Assembly (NCBI GenBank): GCA_964481175.1 | Contig: CAYZSZ010000002.1 | Location: 1 to 62,525 of the forward strand | Direction: 5' to 3' | DNA: 62,525 nucleotides | From: an uncultured Candidatus Saccharibacteria bacterium | GTDB lineage: Bacteria; Patescibacteriota; Minisyncoccia; Phycocordibacterales; PALSA-1337 | Part shown: in pieces, positions 1-9,185 of the stretch | How positions within the stretch are numbered: the stretch's first letter is position 1 | How the letters are laid out: each line of letters opens with the position of its first letter | Made by a program: the position numbers and the translations under genes | Notes under the pieces: model-generated | What the model saw: the letters and a program-made list of their open reading frames with translations, nothing else | Database searches by the model: none | Told to the model about the DNA's origin: nothing

Positions 1-61
1 GATTCGAACCCGGAGTCGCCTGTTCCCAAAACAGGAATGTTAGCCGTTACACCACGCTCCG
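1..61 (-). tRNA. tRNA-Pro (anticodon UGG), 3' part cut by window start
   Basis: Reverse complement reads CGGAGCG..GTGTAACGGCTAACAT..CCTGT-TTTGGGA-ACAGG..GGGTTCGAATC. The acceptor 5' strand, D-arm, anticodon stem-loop with UGG and the start of the T-arm are readable. Confidence 0.8.
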
Positions 62-80
62 TAATTTCGAAATAGTAGCA

Positions 81-440
81 TTAAAGTATAATATTCTCAA
101 TAGATTCGACCCTCTGAGTCTTCTTTTGTAGATTTATATGTACTACAATTACCGAAAACTGAAACTCTATGTCTTTGCCGTTTAAGTAAGTTAGTATCGT
201 TCGCTTTAATCTTTTTATCTTTTGCGCATGTACGTTTTCTTCAGCACGATAGTTTCCTTGAATTGATTTTACTTCGATGAAATGGAGGACACCTCCCTTC
301 TTGGCTATGATGTCTATCTCTCCCCACTTCTGTCTAAAGTTCCTTTCAATGACCTCAAAGCCTCTGTCCGAAATGTATCTGACCGCTATATTCTCACCTA
401 ATTGTCCTATGTATTGAGTATTCCCCATATTTTTCAACAA
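81..440 (-). CDS. YraN/UPF0102 family endonuclease-like protein
   Basis: 119 aa ORF. GENIAVRYI..GFEVIERNFR..GEIDIIAK..LHFIEVK matches the YraN pattern. Confidence 0.8.
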   Translation of the reverse strand: MLKNMGNTQYIGQLGENIAVRYISDRGFEVIERNFRQKWGEIDIIAKKGGVLHFIEVKSIQGNYRAEENVHAQKIKRLKRTILTYLNGKDIEFQFSVIVVHINLQKKTQRVESIENIIL

Positions 441-546
441 AGTAAAAAGGACTCAAAGTCAGACATTTTGACGTATTTAAGCCATATTTCCTGTCTCTTA
501 TACCCAATGTCCACAGACTTATCCCCAATTTTGTACTTAATCTTTG

Positions 547-617
547 TGCGGGCACCGGGAATCGAACCCGAATCTCGTCCTTGGCAAGGACGTGTTCTAC
601 CACTAAACCATGCCCGC
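547..617 (-). tRNA. tRNA-Gly (GCC)
   Basis: Reverse complement GCGGGCA-TG-GTTTAGTGGTAGAAC-A-CGTCC-TTGCCAA-GGACG-AGAT-TCGGG-TTCGATT-CCCGG-TGCCCGC-A gives a full cloverleaf. No CCA is encoded. Confidence 0.9.
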
Positions 618-641
618 AACTTCCTCACAATTATAACACGG

Positions 642-713
642 TGCACCCGGAGGGATTCGAACCCCCAACAACGGTTCCGAAGACCGGTATGATATCCATT
701 TCACTACGGGTGC
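642..713 (-). tRNA. tRNA-Arg (UCG)
   Basis: Reverse complement GCACCCG..CCGGT-CTTCGGA-ACCGT..GGGGG-TTCGAAT-CCCTC-CGGGTGC-A. The acceptor stem is perfect. The anticodon stem has one mismatch. Confidence 0.8.
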
Positions 714-775
714 TTATCCGCACATACTAACGTATAAATAGGCAAAAATCAAAACTTATACTACAATTACGCCAA

Positions 776-2251
776 ATGGAGGCACGAATCCCTAGTGAAA
801 TAAGCGCAATTACCCAGACTTTAGAGAAGGCTGGGTTTGAAGCATACATCGTTGGAGGCTGTACTCGAGACACTATCTTGGGGAAAAAACCAAAGGATTG
901 GGACGTGACTACAAATGCAACTCCAGAAAACATCATTTCCCTCTTCCCTAAAACATTCTATGAAAACGAATACGGTACTGTGGGGGTTGTAAACGAGCTT
1001 ACAGAAGATCCAACTCTAAAAATCGTAGAGGTTACTCCCTATCGCATCGAATCTGGCTATACAGATTTTCGTAGACCCGACAAAGTAAATTTTAGTTCAA
1101 AGCTAGAAGATGATCTCAAGCGAAGAGACTTTACGATAAATGCAATCGCTGCCCGAATCAAGAATGGGTCTGTAGACTCTTATATTGACCTATACGGTGG
1201 TTTAAAGGACATAAAGGACAAATCCATTAAGTGCGTTGGAAATGCTCAGGAAAGGCTCTCTGAGGACGCTTTACGCATGCTCCGAGCGGTACGAATCATG
1301 GCAGAGACAGGTTTCACGATTAACACAGAGACCGCTCAGGCAATAAAAGATAATAGCGCCCTCATAAAAGAGATTGCTATTGAGCGTGTTAGAGATGAAT
1401 TCTCTAGAATACTCTCTTCCCCTTCTCCAAAGAAAGGTATTGAAATGTGCCATGAGCTAGACTTACTCAAACACTTCGTTCCTGAGCTTGAGCTCGGTAT
1501 TGGTGTAGAACAGAACCAAGCACATGCTTACGATGTATGGGAACATCTCCTACGCTCACTACAGTGTGCAGCTGACAAAGGATACCCTCTCGACATACGT
1601 ATTGCTGCCCTGTTCCACGATATAGCAAAGCCAGAAACACGCCGGTTTTCACGTGAAACGAGCCAGTTTACCTTCTATGGGCACGAAGTCGTTGGTTCAC
1701 GTGTAACAAAAAAGATACTTGAACGCCTAAAATACCCTACAAAAACAATAGATAAGGTGGTTACCCTAGTGCGCTGGCATATGTTTTTCTCTGATACTGA
1801 AACCATTACCCTTTCAGCTGTTCGACGTATGATAAACAATGTAGGCAAGGAAAACATCTGGGACCTTATGAATGTACGTATCTGTGACCGAATCGGCACA
1901 GGGAAACCTAAAGAAAACCCTTACAGACTAAGGAAATACCACGCAATGATAGAAGAAGCGATGCATGATCCAGTTACAGTGGGAATGCTCAAAATAGATG
2001 GTAAACGCATTATGGACGTTACACATGAAACACCTGGTCCAAAGATAGGCTTTGTTTTACACGCACTTTTGGAGGAGGTCTTAGACAATCCGTCGCTCAA
2101 CACTGCCGTATATTTGGAAGAACAGGCAAATAAACTTATAAAAATGCCCCTTGAGGAGCTCAAGAGGATGGGGGAGGCAGGAAAACATAAAAAAGACGAA
2201 ACGGAGGCTAAAAACCTAGGTGAAATACGAAAAAAGCATCATGTTTCATGA
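776..2251 (+). CDS. cca: CCA-adding tRNA nucleotidyltransferase (class II, with HD domain)
   Basis: 491 aa. N-terminal GGCTRD and RRDFTINA nucleotidyltransferase motifs, and an HD domain (LFHDIAKP). Confidence 0.85.
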   Translation: MEARIPSEISAITQTLEKAGFEAYIVGGCTRDTILGKKPKDWDVTTNATPENIISLFPKTFYENEYGTVGVVNELTEDPTLKIVEVTPYRIESGYTDFRRPDKVNFSSKLEDDLKRRDFTINAIAARIKNGSVDSYIDLYGGLKDIKDKSIKCVGNAQERLSEDALRMLRAVRIMAETGFTINTETAQAIKDNSALIKEIAIERVRDEFSRILSSPSPKKGIEMCHELDLLKHFVPELELGIGVEQNQAHAYDVWEHLLRSLQCAADKGYPLDIRIAALFHDIAKPETRRFSRETSQFTFYGHEVVGSRVTKKILERLKYPTKTIDKVVTLVRWHMFFSDTETITLSAVRRMINNVGKENIWDLMNVRICDRIGTGKPKENPYRLRKYHAMIEEAMHDPVTVGMLKIDGKRIMDVTHETPGPKIGFVLHALLEEVLDNPSLNTAVYLEEQANKLIKMPLEELKRMGEAGKHKKDETEAKNLGEIRKKHHVS

Positions 2252-2319
2252 TTAACATAGTTTCAGGTAACAAAAAACCGCATTCGAAGCTAGATTGATG
2301 CTTGGAAATACGGTTTGTT

Positions 2320-2600
2320 GAGAATGTATTCCATCGAGCTTACCTAAGAGGTGTCGCAACTTCATTTATTACAATGGACTCCACAGAGTCCTAAAAAAAG
2401 ATAAGAATGTGAAGTGATGCGCACACAGTCCAAGCTAAACAGGGGAAACGTCCTCGGGCACACGACTAGTAAACTACCCTAGCGTATTGTGAAGAACTAT
2501 ATGTTCGGAGATCTCTCTCCGGTGAACAAAATAGTTCTTCGGAGAAGTCTCGGTTGACCTCTAAACTGACCTGGGATTATTATAGCAACAGTAAAAGACA
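2320..2600. ncRNA. candidate structured non-coding RNA, family unassigned
   Basis: A 382 nt gap lies between convergent genes with no ORF longer than about 21 codons. GC is locally elevated by eye. A 19-bp interrupted hairpin runs GAAGAACTAT..GTTC-GGAGA-TCTC-TCTCC-GAAC..ATAGTTCTTC (2491-2540). A GGACTC-CACA-GAGTCC hairpin sits near 2377. Confidence 0.3.
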
Positions 2601-2603
2601 TGT

Positions 2604-2635
2604 AAAGGACATTACTGTGGATAACTATGTCCTTT
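2604..2635 (-). terminator. hairpin terminator candidate for xth
   Basis: AAAGGACAT / ATGTCCTTT forms a 9-bp stem overlapping the xth stop codon. In minus sense it is followed by ACATGTCTTTT. Confidence 0.5.
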
Positions 2636-3398
2636 ATAATTTTATTGAGAGAGGGCAGTGATCAGATCCTAAAATATCGTTGTGAATATTGACTTCTTTG
2701 ATCTTTTCCAAAATTCCTTTTGTTACAAAAAAGTAATCGATTCTCCATCCAACGTTGCGATCTCTTGCAAAAGTTTTCATATCCCAGTAAGTGTACACAT
2801 CTTTTTTTTCTGGATTTAGAGATCTAAAAACATCGAAGTAATTATTCTTTACAACTTTATCGAGCCATGCACGTTCGATAGGGAGGAACCCTGTGTTATC
2901 CACATTTTCTTTTGGTCGTGCAAGATCTATCTCTGTGTGTGCAGTATTAATATCTCCACAAAAGATGATTTCATGGCCTTTTTTCTTTAATTTATTGATA
3001 TATTCCAAAAAAGCATCGTAAAACTTGAGTTTATATGCCAATCTGTCAGGTCCACCACCTCCGTTAGGGAAGTAGCAGTTAATAAATACAAAATCTTCAT
3101 AAAATGCAGTGATCATACGACCTTCTTGGTCTAATTCTGGATTGCCAACACTGAATTCTACTTTCAAAGGCTCTATTTTCGAATATATGGCTACACCGCT
3201 GTATCCTTTACGGGTTTTGCTTGATTCAAAAAAGGCATGATAGCCCTTTGGAGCACGAACTTCAGGAGGGAGCTGGTCTGCCTCTGCCTTTATCTCTTGC
3301 ATACAGAAAATATCTGCATTCTGAGCTAGTAACCAATCGAATCCACCTTTCTTCACATTCGCACGGAGACCATTTACATTCCAAGAAATGATTTTCAT
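2634..3398 (-). CDS. xth: exodeoxyribonuclease III (AP endonuclease)
   Basis: 254 aa. MKIISWNVNGLRA..CMQE..GYSGVA..WRIDY..SDHCP are classic ExoIII/EEP motifs. Confidence 0.9.
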   Translation of the reverse strand: MKIISWNVNGLRANVKKGGFDWLLAQNADIFCMQEIKAEADQLPPEVRAPKGYHAFFESSKTRKGYSGVAIYSKIEPLKVEFSVGNPELDQEGRMITAFYEDFVFINCYFPNGGGGPDRLAYKLKFYDAFLEYINKLKKKGHEIIFCGDINTAHTEIDLARPKENVDNTGFLPIERAWLDKVVKNNYFDVFRSLNPEKKDVYTYWDMKTFARDRNVGWRIDYFFVTKGILEKIKEVNIHNDILGSDHCPLSIKL

Positions 3399-3410
3399 GC
3401 AGTCACTATA

Positions 3411-4304
3411 TCACTTTCTCCCTTTACCATGAAACTTTTTGTGTACGTTTCGCAGTTCTGAGTCTGTGATGTGGGTATAAATCTGGGTTGTTGAGATGTT
3501 TGCATGGCCCAAAAGCATCTGGACTGAACGCAAATCAGCTCCATTTCGCAAAAGATCAGTTGCAAATGAGTGGCGAAGCACATGTGGAGTAACCTTTTTA
3601 CTGATACCCGCCTTTGTAGCGTAAAATCGCACGATTCTCTGTATTGCACGGGGAGTGAGATCAAAAAGGGTGCCTGACATATGTTTTGACTTATCCATAT
3701 AGGCTTTTACATGCTTTTTGGCGTCGTCTGAAAGGAAAACAACGCGTACTTTTTCTCCTTTACCACGTACTGACATTTCATCGAGTTTGAGGTTGATATC
3801 AGGCGGTAGGGCACAGAGCTCAGACACACGAAGGCCAGTAGAGAAAAGGAGCTCAAGGATGGCTCTATCGCGTAGATTGTCCCCAGGAGCTTCTAATAAC
3901 CGCCTTAGGTCGTCTGCGGTGATAAAATCGAGAGAGCGTTCTGGTACCTTGGCAAGCTCAATACGCTCTGGAGGAAGAGACTTTATGCCTTGTTTAGCTA
4001 AATACTTGAGAAATGAGCGTAAAGCGATCAAATAATAGTTCTGGGTGCGCTTTTTGAGGGTTTCACTGCGTCTGTGCTCGGGTCGCGCAACCTGTCTGTT
4101 GAGCCATAGTCTGAACTCTCGGAGCACAGCGTCAGTGATTTGCTCTGGTTTTTTGATCTTACCGAAGTCAAAGAAACGGCTCAAATACTGATCATAATTG
4201 CGCACCGTGCTTAGGCTACGGCCTTTCTCAATCTCTACATATTCGAGGAATTGTTGCTTTAAATCTTGCATTTCAAAGGCTTTTATGCTATCGTATGAAC
4301 ACAT
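3411..4304 (-). CDS. tyrosine recombinase XerC/XerD family
   Basis: 297 aa. The C-terminal catalytic region has HVLRHSFAT..LLGHANISTTQIYTH. The true start may be the ATG at 4271. Confidence 0.85.
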   Translation of the reverse strand: MCSYDSIKAFEMQDLKQQFLEYVEIEKGRSLSTVRNYDQYLSRFFDFGKIKKPEQITDAVLREFRLWLNRQVARPEHRRSETLKKRTQNYYLIALRSFLKYLAKQGIKSLPPERIELAKVPERSLDFITADDLRRLLEAPGDNLRDRAILELLFSTGLRVSELCALPPDINLKLDEMSVRGKGEKVRVVFLSDDAKKHVKAYMDKSKHMSGTLFDLTPRAIQRIVRFYATKAGISKKVTPHVLRHSFATDLLRNGADLRSVQMLLGHANISTTQIYTHITDSELRNVHKKFHGKGRK

Positions 4305-4316
4305 TATACATTATAT

Positions 4317-4583
4317 ATGTTGTCACCACGAACCAAATCAAAAGCAATAAAGACAGGAGCTATGCACGAGAAAGACACTGGCTCAGCTTCTGTACAAGTA
4401 TCAATCCTCACTAAGAAGATTGACGAGCTTGCTTCACACCTCAAGAAACACAAGAAGGATAACCACTCACGACGTGGACTCCTTTCTATGGTGGCAGATC
4501 GACAAACACATCTAAATTATTTAAAGAAGCATAATCCAAAGCAGTACTCAAGTATCACGAAAAAACTTGAACTCAAGAAATAA
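4317..4583 (+). CDS. rpsO: 30S ribosomal protein S15
   Basis: 88 aa. DTGSASVQVSILT..HLKKHKKDNHSRRGLL..R matches S15 end to end. Confidence 0.9.
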   Translation: MLSPRTKSKAIKTGAMHEKDTGSASVQVSILTKKIDELASHLKKHKKDNHSRRGLLSMVADRQTHLNYLKKHNPKQYSSITKKLELKK

Positions 4584-5140
4584 TGTCAGTTATCAAGCAT
4601 AAAGAACAACGCGTAGGAATTTTTATAGACGCACAGAACCTCTATCATTCAGCAAAGAATTTATACCACTCACGAGTAAATTTCGGCCAAATAGTAAAAG
4701 ATGCACTCGGTGAACGATCACTGATCCGTGCCATTGCATACGTTATCACCACAGAAGCAGGGGACGAAAAGGCTTTTTTTGAAGCACTCACCAAAATGGG
4801 TATCGAAACAAAGACAAAAGACCTCCAGATCTTTTCTAGTGGAAGCAAAAAAGCAGACTGGGACGTCGGACTTGCAGTAGATGCAATCAAACTCTCACCA
4901 AAACTCGATGCAGTTGTACTCGTAACTGGGGACGGAGACTTTGTTCCACTCGTAGAGTATCTACAACTAAACGAAGGGTGTCAGGTAGAAGTAGCATCGT
5001 TCGGAAAATCAACTTCTTCAAAACTTATTGAAGCTGCGGATGACTTTATCGATCTCGACCAGGACCCGCGTAAATATCTTTTGGGCAATGGATACCGTCC
5101 GCAAAACAACCGAAGAAAAAAACCTGCTATACTAGAGTAG
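4583..5140 (+). CDS. NYN (LabA-like) domain protein
   Basis: 185 aa. VGIFIDAQNLY..DVGLAVDA..VLVTGDGDFVPLV fits the NYN/LabA pattern. Its start overlaps the rpsO stop (TAATG). Confidence 0.7.
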   Translation: MSVIKHKEQRVGIFIDAQNLYHSAKNLYHSRVNFGQIVKDALGERSLIRAIAYVITTEAGDEKAFFEALTKMGIETKTKDLQIFSSGSKKADWDVGLAVDAIKLSPKLDAVVLVTGDGDFVPLVEYLQLNEGCQVEVASFGKSTSSKLIEAADDFIDLDQDPRKYLLGNGYRPQNNRRKKPAILE

Positions 5141-5143
5141 TAA

Positions 5144-6166
5144 ATGCTCCCAGAAGAACAAAATTCTCCACAATCAGGCAAAAAAGAGCTCAACCAAATA
5201 GGCGTAGGTGGTATTAAAAGCCTCCGGACTTTTCAAAGTGACGTAGCAGAAGCGTTGGGCAAAAATACTACAACAGTCGCAAAGATGGCGATTGCAGAAA
5301 ATGTGCGTAAAGCAGAGGGTGAAGTAAAAGCTTTTCAAGCTGCACAAGCATCTCAAGCAGCACCACAAGCACGGCCAGCACAGACACCTCCACCTATGAC
5401 GATCCGACCTCCAGAGGTGATCACAAATGGACCTGCTCCAGTCGAACGGAGTGGGGGAGGAAAGAAAATAATTTTAACGCTTTTAAGCATTATCCTTTTA
5501 TCAGGCGGAATATTTGGCGGACTATACTTTTATTCAAAAAGTCCACTGGCAAACTTGAAACTGCCCGACACACCGACAAAGACTGGCTACCGAGGACTAC
5601 TCGCATCAAATACACAAAAGAAAGTTGTCTTGGGTTCGCTTGTGGATAAACGACTCGAGGAGGTTTTGGCATACGAAAAGACCGCAGCAAAACTAGAACA
5701 AGATCAGGTGTCTGAACTATATTTTACAAAAGGACTTGAAAGCCAGCCGACGCTCATCACGGCAGAAGAATTTATAAATCTGTCGACATCTCGTTCTCCG
5801 GAGACAGTGCGACGATCACTCCTTACTCGTTTTATGTTTGGTTTTCACAAAACAGCGGAAACGATCGAACCGTATTTGGTGCTAAAAACAGAATTTTTCC
5901 AAAATACCTTTACCGGCATGCTCAAATGGGAGCCAGATCTATACACGGACACAAAAGCTTGGCTTTCGGATAAGCAAGTTATCGATGCTAAGACATTTGA
6001 AGACCGGATCATAAAAAACAAAGACGTTCGCATCTTGAGAGATACTTCGGGCAACATTGCTATTATCTATGGTTTCCTGGATAGAAAAACCCTCTTAATA
6101 ACCACTAATGAGGCGACCTTTTTGGAGATTGTAGATCGATTTGAAAAACAAACGTATGTAAGGTAG
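5144..6166 (+). CDS. hypothetical membrane-anchored protein
   Basis: 340 aa ORF with an A/Q/P-rich linker and one TM helix (ILTLLSIILLSGGIFGGLYFY). I recognise no family. Confidence 0.6.
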   Translation: MLPEEQNSPQSGKKELNQIGVGGIKSLRTFQSDVAEALGKNTTTVAKMAIAENVRKAEGEVKAFQAAQASQAAPQARPAQTPPPMTIRPPEVITNGPAPVERSGGGKKIILTLLSIILLSGGIFGGLYFYSKSPLANLKLPDTPTKTGYRGLLASNTQKKVVLGSLVDKRLEEVLAYEKTAAKLEQDQVSELYFTKGLESQPTLITAEEFINLSTSRSPETVRRSLLTRFMFGFHKTAETIEPYLVLKTEFFQNTFTGMLKWEPDLYTDTKAWLSDKQVIDAKTFEDRIIKNKDVRILRDTSGNIAIIYGFLDRKTLLITTNEATFLEIVDRFEKQTYVR

Positions 6167-6175
6167 TATGGTTGT

Positions 6176-6541
6176 ATGAATGCAAAAGACCTAAAATATT
6201 TTAAAGACCGGCTTCTAAAGGAAAAGACTCTTCTCGAGGAAGAGCTAGCTACTGTTGGACGAAAAGATCCAGCAAACCCAAAAGACTGGCAAGCAACTGT
6301 AGACGATAGCCAAGTCGACACAGCAGACGAAAACGAAGTCGCTGATGTTCTCGAAGAATACGAAGAACACAAAGCTATCCTCGCTCAACTTGAAAAGCAA
6401 CTCAACGAAGTTCAGGCTGCACTCCAAAAGATCGCCGATGGTAAATACGGTATATGTGAAGTATCTGGAGAAGAAATCGAACGAGATCGTCTTGAAGCAA
6501 ATCCTTCTGCTCGAACAAGCGTAAAGCACATGCGGAAATAA
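6176..6541 (+). CDS. DksA/TraR-family-like protein lacking the Cys4 zinc finger
   Basis: 121 aa. An acidic coiled-coil N-terminus is followed by GKYGICEVSGEEIERDRLEANPSARTSVKH, where DksA/TraR proteins carry CxxC..CxxC. Confidence 0.6.
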   Translation: MNAKDLKYFKDRLLKEKTLLEEELATVGRKDPANPKDWQATVDDSQVDTADENEVADVLEEYEEHKAILAQLEKQLNEVQAALQKIADGKYGICEVSGEEIERDRLEANPSARTSVKHMRK

Positions 6542-6576
6542 AATTTCCTTCATTTCCACTTTGCTAGACTGGTGGA

Positions 6577-8040
6577 ATGAAATATTCAAAAGTTTTTAGT
6601 GGGCAAAATATGTTTCTTTCGTCAGTCATAGTGACGATCGAAACCGATATAGCAAACGGACTCCATGCATTCTCTATCGTGGGGTTAGGGGATAAGGCTG
6701 TGGACGAAGCAAAGGATCGCGTCTCAGCTGCAATCAAAAATATCGGTTATGTGTCACCAAAACAGAAAAATCAAAAGGTGGTTGTTTCGCTTGCACCGGC
6801 AGATACTCGCAAAGAAGGCTCACATTATGACTTGGGTATTGCAGTCGGATATCTCATTGCAAGTGGGGAAATACAGGTGACAAATACCAAAACACTATAC
6901 TTGGGTGAGCTCTCTCTAGACGGAAGTCTACGGAGAGTCTTTGGCGTGCTGCCAATCGTACAAAAAGCAAAAGAAGTGGGTTTTGAACAAGTGATCGTAC
7001 CGCACATGAATGCGGAGGAAGCGGCTATCATACCAGACATATCGATTGTGCCGGCTCGGACACTAGCCGAAGTGGTTGCTCATATTACAGGGGTGCATAA
7101 AATAAAATCGCAACCTCCGACCGAAATCACATACACAAAGCCAGATTTCGATATTGATATGTGCGACATACGTGGACAAGAAAATGCAAAGCGAGGGATA
7201 GAGATAGCAGCAGCCGGGAAACACAATATCGCACTATTTGGACCTCCAGGAACTGGGAAAACCATGCTCGCAAAAGCACTCTGGGGGATATTGCCGCCAC
7301 TCAAACCAGAACAAGCTATTGAAGTCACAAGTATCCACTCAGTAGTCGGTACTCTTTCAAAAAAAGCGATTACCCATCCACCCTTTAGAAATCCACATCA
7401 CACCTCCTCATATGCATCGATGGTTGGGGGAGGGACGTATCCAAGACCAGGGGAGATCACACTTGCTCACCGAGGGGTGCTTTTCCTTGATGAGTTTCCT
7501 GAATTCGATAAAATTGTGATCGAATCATTACGCCAGCCACTCGAAGAGAAAAAGATACTGATTGCCCGTGCCAAAACATCGATTGAGTTTCCAGCTGACT
7601 GCATCCTCATCGCCACTATGAATCCCTGTCCTTGTGGATATATGGGCTCAAAACAAAAAGATTGCACCTGCACCCCAGCAGAGATCAAAATGTATCAAAA
7701 GAAACTATCTGGACCGATTATCGATCGTATAGATATGTGGATAGAGGTGGGTACTGTTGATTATGAAAAACTAAATTCTAGGACTGGCTTGAGCGAATCG
7801 TCACAGACAGTGGCTCAGCGAGTGGGGAATGCTAGAAAGAGAATCGACTTACAAAAAGAAGTCCGGTTTGACCCGGAAGTGGAGAAAATACTGACCATAT
7901 CAGCAAAACGACTCAACCTATCCGCACGGGCCTACTACAAAACCGTCAGAATAGCTCAAACAATAGCTTTTTTGGAAAATAGAGACCAAATTGAAACAAA
8001 AGATGTCCTAGAAGCACTGCAGTATAGGCCTAAAACTTAG
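6577..8040 (+). CDS. YifB/ComM family Mg-chelatase-like ATPase
   Basis: 487 aa. N-terminal Lon-protease-like domain, Walker A GPPGTGKTML and GVLFLDEFPEF. Confidence 0.85.
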   Translation: MKYSKVFSGQNMFLSSVIVTIETDIANGLHAFSIVGLGDKAVDEAKDRVSAAIKNIGYVSPKQKNQKVVVSLAPADTRKEGSHYDLGIAVGYLIASGEIQVTNTKTLYLGELSLDGSLRRVFGVLPIVQKAKEVGFEQVIVPHMNAEEAAIIPDISIVPARTLAEVVAHITGVHKIKSQPPTEITYTKPDFDIDMCDIRGQENAKRGIEIAAAGKHNIALFGPPGTGKTMLAKALWGILPPLKPEQAIEVTSIHSVVGTLSKKAITHPPFRNPHHTSSYASMVGGGTYPRPGEITLAHRGVLFLDEFPEFDKIVIESLRQPLEEKKILIARAKTSIEFPADCILIATMNPCPCGYMGSKQKDCTCTPAEIKMYQKKLSGPIIDRIDMWIEVGTVDYEKLNSRTGLSESSQTVAQRVGNARKRIDLQKEVRFDPEVEKILTISAKRLNLSARAYYKTVRIAQTIAFLENRDQIETKDVLEALQYRPKT

Positions 8041-9065
8041 AATGGGTTCTTTGCTCCTCGGATTTCAAAGTGAACGTGTGGACCAGTAGACTTACCAGTT
8101 GAACCGACAAGGGCGATAAGATCTCCCTGATTTACATGCTGACCAACAGTTACAAGTAGTTTGCTTGCATGACCATATAGGGTCTGAGTTCCATTTGGAT
8201 GTGAGATTACGACATAGTTACCATATCCCTGATTCCACAATCCATTGAGGCTAATGATGACCGTTCCGGCTGCAGAAGCATATATAGGGGTGCCGATCGG
8301 CGCAGCTAGGTCAACGGCATTAAATCCGTGGAGACCCTGGGTTCTAACTCCTCCGACAATCGGTCGTCGATAGTATCCAGGATAGCTTGGGCCGCTTGCA
8401 CCATGGAGTGCTGCTGTGAGCTGTGGTTTAGCTGAAGGAACAAAAGGAAGTTCAGCGTCTGGAATAATCACTGTATCACCGACTGAGAGGGTAGAATTTG
8501 AGTTTAAATCGTTATAATCAAGCACATCATCTAGCCGAACTTTGTATTTTGAGACGATTGAAGAGAGTGTGTCGCCCTTTGCTACTTTGTGACGAATACC
8601 AGATACAGGCAAAATAATAAGAGTTTGACCGACTTGTAGATTTTTAGCAGTCAAACCCTCATTTGCCCATAGCAATGTATTTACGCTTACTTTAAACATC
8701 GAAGCAATCTCAGACAATGTGTCTCCTTCACGCACTACATAAGTGCTAATCTGAGTGGTAGACAGCTCATCGCTCACATCAGCCATAGTTCCAGAAGGTC
8801 CCGTCTCAGAATAGAGTGCGGTGCCCGAAATAACGGTGGCTTCGGTACGTCCGGGATTTGGATTTGGGTTCAAACTGAGGACTCCTTCGAGGAGATTTAT
8901 GTTTTGAGAATTTGCTTCTGAAGAATCAAAGCTGGCGTAAGCAGACGCATTGACCTCATTTGACATAAATGAAAAAAAACCGGCATATGTTGTTGTCGGA
9001 AATACGAGGAGGGGTGTAAGTATTATTGTGGCTCTACTGAGCCATTTTGCAGCACTGTTTTTCAT
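8037..9065 (-). CDS. LysM-repeat M23 family metallopeptidase
   Basis: There is a signal peptide after the ATG at 9065 (the track ORF extends to a TTG at 9092). Two LysM repeats are present (GDTLSEIA.., GDTLSSIV..). The M23 motifs are HGFNAVDLAAP and STGPHVHFEIR. Confidence 0.85.
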   Translation of the reverse strand: MKNSAAKWLSRATIILTPLLVFPTTTYAGFFSFMSNEVNASAYASFDSSEANSQNINLLEGVLSLNPNPNPGRTEATVISGTALYSETGPSGTMADVSDELSTTQISTYVVREGDTLSEIASMFKVSVNTLLWANEGLTAKNLQVGQTLIILPVSGIRHKVAKGDTLSSIVSKYKVRLDDVLDYNDLNSNSTLSVGDTVIIPDAELPFVPSAKPQLTAALHGASGPSYPGYYRRPIVGGVRTQGLHGFNAVDLAAPIGTPIYASAAGTVIISLNGLWNQGYGNYVVISHPNGTQTLYGHASKLLVTVGQHVNQGDLIALVGSTGKSTGPHVHFEIRGAKNPF

Positions 9066-9185
9066 GGATACTCGTATAGGATATACTAACAAAATTTAAA
9101 GTCAACCAACCAAAAAACTGGACTGTGGACAACAAAAGTTGCGTAATTTTAATCAAAAAATAGGGTAGCATGGTATAGTATTTCC

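Noticed and set aside
394-692. Track ORFs 394..603(-), 402..692(+) and 434..646(-).
   Set aside because: They run straight through the tRNA-Gly and tRNA-Arg genes and their spacer. They have no coding character. I treat them as artefacts of ORF calling.
2320-2600. Possible RNase P RNA, SRP (4.5S) RNA or tmRNA assignment for the structured spacer.
   Set aside because: I could not find the conserved P4 strands (GGAAAGUCC with ACAGAA..CCGGCUUA in the correct order), the SRP GGAAGCAGCC motif, or tRNA-like tmRNA ends on either strand. I keep it only as an unassigned candidate.
2617-2625. A perfect DnaA box (TTATCCACA on the minus strand) far from dnaA.
   Set aside because: It is a single isolated 9-mer sitting in the loop of the xth terminator hairpin, with no cluster of boxes. 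It is most likely chance.
9120-9140. A TTGTCCACA-like DnaA-box variant upstream of the UvrD/PcrA-type helicase gene.
   Set aside because: It is a single degenerate site in an ordinary divergent promoter region, with no supporting cluster.
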